The position numbers and the translations under genes were made by a program. The notes under the pieces were generated by a model. It did no database searches and was not told the origin of the DNA. It saw nothing but the letters and a program-made list of their open reading frames with translations. DNA of 64,000 nt, from assembly GCA_001790445.1 (NCBI GenBank), contig MGCQ01000001.1, forward strand, positions 40,462 to 104,461, given 5' to 3'. Each line of letters starts with the position of its first letter. Position 1 is the first letter of the stretch. Below are positions 9,244-16,875 of the stretch, one piece after another. This stretch comes from Candidatus Saccharibacteria bacterium RIFCSPHIGHO2_12_FULL_41_12 (lineage in GTDB: Bacteria; Patescibacteriota; Saccharimonadia; Saccharimonadales; 2-12-FULL-41-12).

Positions 9244-9585
9244 ATGAGTGAAAAAAGAATACGCGTGACAGAAGTTTCCTTTGACATTTTAGACATGTTA
9301 CTAAGAGGCAGAGATGATAAAAGCTTAAGTGAACTGGGCGCAGAAGTTTTTATTGTGGATGATCTGGAAGATGCATTTTTTTTGCCGAGAGGTGATGATA
9401 GAAGTGATTTAAGTTTGTTCTACAGCTGGTTTAACAAGCGAACAAACGGAGATACCGCATGGTTCGATCAGATTGCCACCCACCCCATACAATACGCATT
9501 TTCAGACTACGGACGAGAAGTTCTGGAACGATTCATGAAAAAAGACGCTCGGTTGCTAGGTGCTCAAGCCCTTGAAGCAGCATAA
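9244..9585 (+). CDS. Hypothetical acidic protein (113 aa) inserted between rplO and secY
   Basis: Only long ORF in the gap; AAGGA 8 nt upstream; no recognisable motif. Confidence 0.55.
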   Translation: MSEKRIRVTEVSFDILDMLLRGRDDKSLSELGAEVFIVDDLEDAFFLPRGDDRSDLSLFYSWFNKRTNGDTAWFDQIATHPIQYAFSDYGREVLERFMKKDARLLGAQALEAA

Positions 9586-9653
9586 GTAAAAATTACATTT
9601 AGATATTCCAGCGAAGTTGTATATAATATATAGAATATTTTAGAGGGTAATCT

Positions 9654-11144
9654 ATGAATTGGAAGATAATTTGGAAGTCATTCGCAGATCGAGATATGCA
9701 AAAACGCATATTTGCTGTGCTTGGGATAATTGTTGTCTACCGCGTCATGGCTCATATACCGATCCCGATTGGTGATTCAGCCACTGTCAGACAAGTCATT
9801 GATTCTATATTTGCCTCTACCAATTCTTCTCAGTTTTTAAATTTTGTCAATGTCCTGACAGGTGGGGCCCTGGCTAATTTTTCAATTATGTTGGTCGGAC
9901 TTGGTCCATACATTAATGCCAGTATTATTATGCAACTTCTCACCAAGGCTCTGCCAAAACTGGAAGAACTGAATAAAGAAGGTGAATTTGGACGTAAAAA
10001 GATTAATCAGTACACACGTATGCTCACTCTGCCACTTGCGGTTGTTCAGTCTATTGGGATGATTTACATTGTTAAGCAACAAGCGGCCAGTGTGGCGGGT
10101 CTTGGTGACATTACGGCAAATTCCTCTTTGTTGCAATGGATTTTGATGGTCTGTGCGCTGACAGGTGGTGCAATGATCATGATGTGGCTTGGCGAAATGA
10201 TCACAGAACAAAACATCGGTAACGGAATATCTCTACTAATTACCGTAAGTATCGTTAGTTCTCTTCCTAGAAGCATAGCTTCGTTAGTTAGCTCTGTGTT
10301 TGGTCAATCCTCCTCATGGCAAGTTTTTGGTGTCAATCTACCCATATCAAAAGAGTCCGCTATAACGGCAACAATAATTTCTGCCAGTATAGTCATTTTA
10401 TTAGTATGTGTAGTCAAGCTTAATGAAGCCAGGAGGAATTTAACGGTATCTTATGCAAAAAGGGTCAAAGGAAGCCGCGAATACGGTGGCGTGACCACAG
10501 TTTTACCAGTTAAAATGATAACTGCAGGAGTAGTCCCTATTATATTCGCAGTGGCGTTTTTAAGCTTGCCGACTTTTGTTGGTCAAATACTAAGCTCAAA
10601 CTCAAGCCAAGATCTTCAACAAACCGGCGCTACATTAACAAAAATATTTCAAACACCCACCGCACAAAGCTTTCAGGCGGGCGAAATAACTGCATATATA
10701 TATCCTGTCGCGTATTTTCTTTTAGTATTTTTCTTTACATTTTTCTATACCAGCATAGCCTTTAATGCAAAAGAAATAGCCGAAAATATGCAAAAACAAG
10801 GAGGATTTATCTCTGGAGTTAGAAGCGGACCTAGAACTGAAAAATACTTGAGTTCTGTGGTGATGCGCCTAACTCTTTTTGGCGCTGTATCTATTGGGCT
10901 ACTTGCAGTTATGCCAATAATTGGTGAAATATATTTAGGCAATAACATCGCGGTAAGCGGTACGAGTATTCTTATTTTGGTTGCTGTATCTCTTGAAACA
11001 CTACGTCACATTGAGTCAAGAGCTCTCATGATAACGTATGATCAATATGATGGATCAGATTACTTTCAGCAAGTAGAGGCCAAAAAGTCTAAATTCGCTA
11101 GGGTTAAATCGTTACTAACAAAAGCCAAAAAAACAAACAAATAA
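9654..11144 (+). CDS. secY: Preprotein translocase subunit SecY, with extended C-terminus
   Basis: Multi-TM protein with a SecY-typical N-terminus (RIFAVLGIIVVYRVMAHIPIPI); position after rplO. Confidence 0.95.
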   Translation: MNWKIIWKSFADRDMQKRIFAVLGIIVVYRVMAHIPIPIGDSATVRQVIDSIFASTNSSQFLNFVNVLTGGALANFSIMLVGLGPYINASIIMQLLTKALPKLEELNKEGEFGRKKINQYTRMLTLPLAVVQSIGMIYIVKQQAASVAGLGDITANSSLLQWILMVCALTGGAMIMMWLGEMITEQNIGNGISLLITVSIVSSLPRSIASLVSSVFGQSSSWQVFGVNLPISKESAITATIISASIVILLVCVVKLNEARRNLTVSYAKRVKGSREYGGVTTVLPVKMITAGVVPIIFAVAFLSLPTFVGQILSSNSSQDLQQTGATLTKIFQTPTAQSFQAGEITAYIYPVAYFLLVFFFTFFYTSIAFNAKEIAENMQKQGGFISGVRSGPRTEKYLSSVVMRLTLFGAVSIGLLAVMPIIGEIYLGNNIAVSGTSILILVAVSLETLRHIESRALMITYDQYDGSDYFQQVEAKKSKFARVKSLLTKAKKTNK

Positions 11145-11169
11145 TCAACATAATTCAACTAAAAAAGCT

Positions 11170-11199
11170 TTGACAAATGTGGTCACACTCTGATATAGT
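11170..11199 (+). promoter_or_regulatory. Putative promoter for infA-rpmJ
   Basis: TTGACA (11170-11175), 18 nt, TATAGT (11194-11199). Confidence 0.5.
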
Positions 11200-11218
11200 T
11201 GATAGATTAGTTATATTT

Positions 11219-11440
11219 ATGGTCAAGAATAAAGAAGTTATTGAACTTACCGGCAGAATAGTTGAAACACTACCCGGGACTCAGTTCAAATTAGAACTTG
11301 AAAATGGTCATCAAATTATAGCTCACGTCGCAGGAAAAATGAGAAAACACTATATTCGACTTGTTCCTGGTGACACCGTTAAGGTCGAGTTGACCCCTTA
11401 CGATCTTTCTAAGGGCAGAATCACCTACCGGGTTTCATAA
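11219..11440 (+). CDS. infA: Translation initiation factor IF-1
   Basis: [46 protein letters not shown]. Start taken at MVKNKE. Confidence 0.95.
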   Translation: MVKNKEVIELTGRIVETLPGTQFKLELENGHQIIAHVAGKMRKHYIRLVPGDTVKVELTPYDLSKGRITYRVS

Positions 11441-11489
11441 ATTAAGCAGTGTGCCACGCTCACAATTACATAGAAAGTGCGAGGTCCGT

Positions 11490-11606
11490 ATGAAAGTACG
11501 TGCAAGTGCCAAAAAAATTACAGCTGATGACAAGATCGTTCGACGAAAAGGACGTGTCTATGTAATTAACAAACTAAAACCTAAGCACAAACAGAGGCAA
11601 GGCTAA
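11490..11606 (+). CDS. rpmJ: 50S ribosomal protein L36 (Cys-less form), 38 aa; too short for the ORF track
   Basis: My translation: [38 protein letters not shown]. Position between infA and rpsM. Confidence 0.92.
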   Translation: MKVRASAKKITADDKIVRRKGRVYVINKLKPKHKQRQG

Positions 11607-11608
11607 AA

Positions 11609-11725
11609 ATGTGTATAACGAATAACGGGTGTCGTATATCGGAGAATCTTAAACACAAAGAAGTTTTTGCCGTAATACGTAATACGAGCTACGTAATACA
11701 GAAGCAGGAGGCTTCTCGTGGCTAG
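11609..11725 (+). repeat. Structured intergenic insert, copy 4 (117 nt; mini-[41 protein letters not shown])
   Basis: ATG lies 2 nt after the rpmJ TAA; TAG 11723-11725 overlaps the rpsM GTG 11718 by 8 nt. SD hairpin GAAGC-AGGAG-GCTTC covaries with the other copies. Confidence 0.75.
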
Positions 11726-12104
11726 AATCGCTGGCGTAACAATTCCTTCTGAAAAACGAGTAGTTATTGCTCTAACATATGTTTACGGGATAGGTAGAAA
11801 ACATTCTTCAGAAATTCTAACAAAGGCAAAAATTGACGAATCAGTTCGAGTAAAAAACTTAACAGACGCCGAAATTGGACGTATTTCTGATGTGATTGGC
11901 AAAGATTACATAGTAGAAGGTGATTTGCAAAGAATCGTTACAGGGAACATTAAGCGGCTCAAAGACATCAATGCTTATAGAGGTCTTAGACATAAGAACA
12001 ATCTACCGTCTCGTGGTCAAAGGACAAAGACAAATGCACGAACTCGCCGAGGACGAAAACTCACTGTGGGCGGTACCGCTAAAAAGGTAGCATCTAAAAC
12101 TTAA
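11718..12104 (+). CDS. rpsM: 30S ribosomal protein S13
   Basis: (M)[10 protein letters not shown]-terminus, GTG start. Confidence 0.95.
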   Translation: MARIAGVTIPSEKRVVIALTYVYGIGRKHSSEILTKAKIDESVRVKNLTDAEIGRISDVIGKDYIVEGDLQRIVTGNIKRLKDINAYRGLRHKNNLPSRGQRTKTNARTRRGRKLTVGGTAKKVASKT

Positions 12105-12115
12105 ACAGAGAAATT

Positions 12116-12517
12116 ATGGCAGAAAATCAACCCACCACAACTACTAGAAAGAAAAAGTCCAAAAGAACAGTATCAAATGCCATTTTGCATGTGTTTTCGT
12201 CATTCAACAACACAATTATTACGATCACTGACACTAATGGCGGTGCTTTGACGACTTCAAGCGCTGGTGCGTGTGGATTTAGAGGCAGCAAAAAAGGTAC
12301 GGCATACGCAGCTCAAGTTGCAGCACAGAAGGCTATTTCAACTGCAAAACAACAGTACGGTGTTAGCAAAGTTAACGTCAGCATCAAAGGTATCGGTATG
12401 GGTCGTGAGGCAGCCGTAAGAGTGTTAATTTCTGAAAATATTGCTGTAGAGTCCATAAAAGATGTGACTGGTATTCCGCACGGTGGTTGCAGACCAAGAA
12501 AGGCACGTAGAGTCTAA
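12116..12517 (+). CDS. rpsK: 30S ribosomal protein S11
   Basis: FNNTIITITDTNG...GSKKGTAYAAQVAA. Confidence 0.95.
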   Translation: MAENQPTTTTRKKKSKRTVSNAILHVFSSFNNTIITITDTNGGALTTSSAGACGFRGSKKGTAYAAQVAAQKAISTAKQQYGVSKVNVSIKGIGMGREAAVRVLISENIAVESIKDVTGIPHGGCRPRKARRV

Positions 12518-12518
12518 A

Positions 12519-13133
12519 ATGGCAAGAGATCGTAGCCCAATTGTAAAAATGAGTCGTAGAGAAGGATATGCCCTTCATCCAAAGGCTCACAAAGCTCTTG
12601 TTAAACGACCGGGGACTCCTGGACAAACTAGTGGTAGGTTTAGAGCAAAACCAAGCCAATATTCACTACAATTGAGAGAAAAGCAAAAAGTACGAAGGTT
12701 ATACGGTCTTCTTGAACGACAATTTCGACGCCTCATGGAAGAAGCAAGCAAAACATCTGGTCAATCAGGCCAAGTTTTACTCCGATTTTTAGAACAAAGA
12801 GCTGACAATGTTGTCTACAGGAGTGGATTCGCAGTATCACGTCGAGCTTCCAGACAACTTGTTACACATGGTCATTTTGAACTTAACGGCAAACGAGTAG
12901 ATATCCCATCAATCCGACTAAAAGAGGGGGACATGCTTACTCTCAGAGACAAAAGCAAAAAGTCTGAGTATTTTTTGAAAATTGACGATGTGAGCCCACA
13001 CCCCAGCGATATCCCAAGCTGGATTAAGGTGGACCGCAAAAAATTTGTAATTACAGTTATCGGTGTTCCTTCTAGAGAAGAAGCAGAGCCGGATATTAAT
13101 GAGCAACTAATAGTAGAGTATTACTCACGATAA
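12519..13133 (+). CDS. rpsD: 30S ribosomal protein S4
   Basis: MARDRSPIVKMSRREG N-terminus. Begins right after the rpsK stop. Confidence 0.94.
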   Translation: MARDRSPIVKMSRREGYALHPKAHKALVKRPGTPGQTSGRFRAKPSQYSLQLREKQKVRRLYGLLERQFRRLMEEASKTSGQSGQVLLRFLEQRADNVVYRSGFAVSRRASRQLVTHGHFELNGKRVDIPSIRLKEGDMLTLRDKSKKSEYFLKIDDVSPHPSDIPSWIKVDRKKFVITVIGVPSREEAEPDINEQLIVEYYSR

Positions 13134-13152
13134 ATAGGAGGACAAGAGAAAT

Positions 13153-14115
13153 ATGAGCAAAACAATTCACTCACCAGGAGTAGTCAAAGTAGAGGAGATA
13201 ACGCCTTACAACGCTACACTATCGATAGAGCCACTTCATAATGGATATGGCATGACATTAGGGAACAGCTTACGTCGTGTTTTGCTTTCCTCTATCTCAG
13301 GAGCTGCTGTGACCGGTTTCATGATAGAAGGGGTTAGTCACGAATTTACTACTATTAAGGGAGTTCAAGAAGACGTTGTCGATATTATTTTGAACCTCAA
13401 AAAAATACGGTTTCGAGTTTTTTCTGACGAGCCGCAAACGCTTAAATTGACCAAAAAAGGTAAAGGAACAGTTACCGCAAAAGATATTGCAAAGAACGCA
13501 AATGTAGAAATTGTCAATCCAGGCCAAAAAATTGCGACAATTGGTGAAGATAAAGGATCTATAGCAATAGATCTTATAGTAGAAACAGGACGTGGTTACA
13601 AAAGTGTAGAAGAAAATGCTAAAAACCAACATATTAGTGACATGGTTTCTATTGACGCGATATTTACTCCTGTACACAGGGTGCGCTATAAAGTAGAGAA
13701 CACTCGTGTTGGGCAAATGACTGACCTTGATAAGTTAATTATTACAATCGAAACTGACGGCAGTATCACTGCAAAAGAGGCTTTTGAAGAAGCTAGTGCA
13801 ATTTTGATTAATCAATACACAGCACTTGCTGGTCAAACACGAATAGAAGCAACAGCTGCTCTTAGTGCGTCTGCGCCAGAAGGGGCATTTGAAAAAGAAG
13901 CGGATACAGATTTCGATGATGGTGAATCTGCTCTGATGACTTCTATCGAAGATTTGAATTTATCAGCTCGCACAACAAATGCACTTGTAAATAACGATAT
14001 ACACACTCTTAAAGATTTATTTAACCTCAGTGATGTTGATCTAAAAGAACTTAAAGGTTTTGGTAGCAAAGCACTTGATGAGGTTAAAGACAAGATGGCG
14101 GAGTTGGAATTCTAA
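13153..14115 (+). CDS. rpoA: DNA-directed RNA polymerase subunit alpha
   Basis: N-terminal domain (LEPLHNGYGMTLGNSLRRVLLSS) and C-terminal domain (LNLSARTTNAL). Confidence 0.96.
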   Translation: MSKTIHSPGVVKVEEITPYNATLSIEPLHNGYGMTLGNSLRRVLLSSISGAAVTGFMIEGVSHEFTTIKGVQEDVVDIILNLKKIRFRVFSDEPQTLKLTKKGKGTVTAKDIAKNANVEIVNPGQKIATIGEDKGSIAIDLIVETGRGYKSVEENAKNQHISDMVSIDAIFTPVHRVRYKVENTRVGQMTDLDKLIITIETDGSITAKEAFEEASAILINQYTALAGQTRIEATAALSASAPEGAFEKEADTDFDDGESALMTSIEDLNLSARTTNALVNNDIHTLKDLFNLSDVDLKELKGFGSKALDEVKDKMAELEF

Positions 14116-14116
14116 A

Positions 14117-14233
14117 ATGTGTATGACGTATAACGAAGAACGTATAACGGAATATTCAAAGCAGGTCGCTTCCGTAGCGACCTGGCGTGATACTTTATAC
14201 GTACTACTGCAACCAGAGGTTGCTCATGCATAG
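14117..14233 (+). repeat. Structured intergenic insert, copy 5 (117 nt; mini-ORF MCMTYNEERITEYSKQVASVATWRDTLYVLLQPEVAHA)
   Basis: ATG lies 1 nt after the rpoA TAA; TAG 14231-14233 overlaps the rplQ ATG 14226 by 8 nt. Central 9-bp hairpin at 14162-14184. Confidence 0.75.
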
Positions 14234-14675
14234 ACACGGATATAAAGGTCGTAAATTTGGTAGAGAACGTGATCAGCGTCGGGCACTTCTAAAAGGGCTA
14301 GCTGATGCGTTGATTATCCACGAATCTATAGAAACAACTAAACATAAGGCAAAAGACCTCCGTCCGTACACTGAGAAGTTAATTACAAAAGCCAAAAAAG
14401 GCGGACTTCACAGACGTCGTCAAGTTATCTCAAAACTTAACACTCTTGATGCGGCACATAAACTATTTGATGATATTGCTCCAAAGTTAGTTGGACGTTC
14501 CAGCGGTTACCTTAGAATTGTTGTAACAACAACCAGACGTGGAGATAACGCTCAAATGGCACGTATTAGTTTTGTTGATGATCTAAAAGCCCCCGCTAAG
14601 AAGGCCGGGGAGGCAAAACCAACCATCAAATCCGCTAAAGTTTCAGATGAAAAGACTGAAAAGGGAACCAAATGA
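14226..14675 (+). CDS. rplQ: 50S ribosomal protein L17
   Basis: MHRHGYKGRKFGRERDQRRALLKGLA. The ORF-track start at 14187 lies inside insert copy 5. Confidence 0.93.
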   Translation: MHRHGYKGRKFGRERDQRRALLKGLADALIIHESIETTKHKAKDLRPYTEKLITKAKKGGLHRRRQVISKLNTLDAAHKLFDDIAPKLVGRSSGYLRIVVTTTRRGDNAQMARISFVDDLKAPAKKAGEAKPTIKSAKVSDEKTEKGTK

Positions 14676-15118
14676 AAAAGACATATTCAGCTAAACCAAG
14701 CGAAGTAGAGCGTAAATGGTACGTAGTTGATGCTTCTGAGACAACGTTGGGTCGTCTTAGCACAGAAATAGCCAACATTTTGACAGGGAAGAACAAGCCG
14801 ATGTTCACAAAGCACATCGATTGTGGTGATTTTGTAATTGTCCTTAATTCTGACAAACTCGTAGTAACCGGACAAAAAATGGACGATAAAATGTATTATC
14901 GACACAGCGGATACCCTGGAGGACTTAAAGAAGCCACCCTTAAAGAGGTGATTTCAAAAGATTCCACCAAAGCTATACAAAAGTCCGTCAAAGGAATGTT
15001 GCCTGTTAACAAACTTCGAGCAGAAAGACTTAAACGGCTTAAAGTATACAAAAATGGTGAGCATATGCACCAGGCGCAGACACCAATTGTTCTAAATCTC
15101 AAGAAAGGTGCCAAATAA
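14672..15118 (+). CDS. rplM: 50S ribosomal protein L13
   Basis: RKWYVVDASETTLGRLSTEIANILTGKNKP. Confidence 0.95.
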   Translation: MKKTYSAKPSEVERKWYVVDASETTLGRLSTEIANILTGKNKPMFTKHIDCGDFVIVLNSDKLVVTGQKMDDKMYYRHSGYPGGLKEATLKEVISKDSTKAIQKSVKGMLPVNKLRAERLKRLKVYKNGEHMHQAQTPIVLNLKKGAK

Positions 15119-15516
15119 TGACTACAGGTTCATACTTTTACGGTCTAGGACGGCGTAAATCATCAACTGCAAGAGTGCGGCTATATAGAGGTAAAGGCAA
15201 TATTACTATTAATGATAAATCTGCCACAGATTATCTGAGTTCCAGCCAATATCTACTTTCGGAGTTAGAAAAGCCTTTTAAAGCTCTCCAGGAAGAAAAC
15301 AAATTTGATATTACGATCAAAGTTAGTGGTGGGGGACTATCTGGACAGGTTCAAGCGATTCGTCTGGGTATTTCAAAAGCATTGGTAGCCAAAGACGAAA
15401 ATCTTCGTGGTACTCTCCGTAAAGCTGATCTTCTTGGTCGAGATGTTCGAGAAAAAGAACGTAAAAAGCCAGGTCTCAAAGGCGCACGTAAAAAACGACA
15501 ATTCACCAAACGTTAG
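15118..15516 (+). CDS. rpsI: 30S ribosomal protein S9
   Basis: GGGLSGQVQAIRLGISKAL...ARKKRQFTKR C-terminus. Confidence 0.95.
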   Translation: MTTGSYFYGLGRRKSSTARVRLYRGKGNITINDKSATDYLSSSQYLLSELEKPFKALQEENKFDITIKVSGGGLSGQVQAIRLGISKALVAKDENLRGTLRKADLLGRDVREKERKKPGLKGARKKRQFTKR

Positions 15517-15553
15517 AAAACTCGCTAGCTTTGTAATGACCGTTGGTTCCTGA

Positions 15554-15650
15554 TAAAATCGGATTAATGCCTAAAGGAGAGTATAAGCGTAGTGCAGTCC
15601 CGCCTGTAAGCGGGACGAAACGCTCTCTTTTAGATATTGATTCGATTTTA
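15554..15650 (+). other. 97-nt two-tier hairpin after rpsI (possible operon-end terminator, processing site or small structured RNA)
   Basis: 28-bp outer stem (four G.U pairs, one mismatch) plus inner perfect 7-bp stem GTCCCGC/GCGGGAC (15597-15616). The G.U pairs exist only on the + strand. Confidence 0.55.
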
Positions 15651-15680
15651 CAGTCAAATGATGTCCCACAGGGCGCAGTT

Positions 15681-15691
15681 TAGGGTATAAT
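15681..15691 (+). promoter_or_regulatory. -10 region TAGGGTATAAT upstream of trpS (apparently leaderless)
   Basis: TATAAT at 15686-15691, with the ATG 8 nt downstream and no SD. The same TAGGGTATAATAA string precedes tRNA-Gln. Confidence 0.45.
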
Positions 15692-15699
15692 AAGTAATT

Positions 15700-16875
15700 A
15701 TGAGTAAACCTGTTATATTAACTGGTCTTAGGGCTAATAATGACCTCCATATAGGCAATTATCTGGGGGCGTTACTGCCTATTGTCGATTTGGCACGGAA
15801 TAAATCTGATGAATATCAGGTAAATCTGTTTGTACCAGATCTACATAGCTTCACTACGCCGATTGATCACAGCAAGTTGCAAGAGCAGATTATGCAAAAT
15901 CTTAGAGTATTTGTAGCCGCAGGATTGCCTCTAGATAACTCAAATATAAATCTTTATCGCCAGAGCCATATCCCCGCCCACAGCGAACTAACAATAATTC
16001 TCAATAGTTTTACTGGCTATGGAGAAATGCGTAGAATGACTCAATTCAAAGATAAGTCAAGCGTTAAAGAAATAAGCGTAGCAGTTGGAGAATTAGCACA
16101 AAGAGATAAAACAATACGGAAGTATCTTGAAATGAACAGTGAGGGTAGCAAGGAAAAAGAATTGATAGCAAGTTTTCTCTTTGACTACACTGCTTTAATG
16201 GCGAGTATCGCAATGATGGACAGAGTAAGCGTTGGATTATTCGATTACCCAATACTAATGGCATCTGATATTCTGCTTTATGACGCTATATATGTGCCAG
16301 TTGGAGATGACCAGACACAACATCTAGAGTTTACGCGCGATATTGCCCAGCGGATGAACAATAAATTTGGCGATATATTTACCGTACCAAAGCCAGTGGC
16401 TGATCAGCATAAGTTTTTTGGCAAAGATCAAGGTTTGAGAGTCAAGGATTTGTTAGATCCAACCAAAAAAATGAGCAAAAGCGATGAGTCCGGCAGAGGT
16501 ATTATCTTTATGAGTGACAGCCCAGAGGACGCACGGAAGAAGATTATGGGCGCAACTACAGATAGTCTGGCAAACGTTGTCTATGACCCCGAGAAGCAGC
16601 CAGGGGTGGCAAATCTGCTGCAGATACACGCACTTTTGAGCAATCAACCTCTCGATAAGACTATTGAACAATTCAAAGGACAAACCCAATATGGCGAGTT
16701 TAAAACTGCCGTAGCGGACGTTGTGGCTAAATTTTTGGATGAATTTCAGATTAAACTCAGACAAGTGGATGACTTTAAGCTGCTAAACAAATTACAGCTT
16801 TCAGAAACAGCTATGAACGAAGTAGCCAATAAAACGCTACAAAAGGTGCAAAAAGCCGTGGGACTAAGAAGTTGA
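15700..16875 (+). CDS. trpS: Tryptophanyl-tRNA synthetase, with about 57-aa internal insertion
   Basis: HIGNYLGA (HIGH-type), KMSKS, MTQFKDKS and DDQTQHLEFTRDIAQRMN match TrpRS signatures. Confidence 0.9.
   Translation: MSKPVILTGLRANNDLHIGNYLGALLPIVDLARNKSDEYQVNLFVPDLHSFTTPIDHSKLQEQIMQNLRVFVAAGLPLDNSNINLYRQSHIPAHSELTIILNSFTGYGEMRRMTQFKDKSSVKEISVAVGELAQRDKTIRKYLEMNSEGSKEKELIASFLFDYTALMASIAMMDRVSVGLFDYPILMASDILLYDAIYVPVGDDQTQHLEFTRDIAQRMNNKFGDIFTVPKPVADQHKFFGKDQGLRVKDLLDPTKKMSKSDESGRGIIFMSDSPEDARKKIMGATTDSLANVVYDPEKQPGVANLLQIHALLSNQPLDKTIEQFKGQTQYGEFKTAVADVVAKFLDEFQIKLRQVDDFKLLNKLQLSETAMNEVANKTLQKVQKAVGLRS

Noticed and set aside
14187-14225. ORF-track N-terminal extension of rplQ (MILYTYYCNQRLL); similar extensions on rpsQ, rplN, rpsH, rplR, rpsE, rplO, infA, rpsD and rplA
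   Set aside because: The extensions overlap the preceding gene or an insert and lack an SD. In each case the canonical protein N-terminus starts at an internal ATG or GTG preceded by GGAG.
2538-14233. The five inserts as a CRISPR array or as a known self-cleaving ribozyme
   Set aside because: The copies are kilobases apart and separated by essential genes, not by regular short spacers. I found no hammerhead (CUGAUGA...GAAA), twister, HDV-like or other ribozyme core that I recognise.
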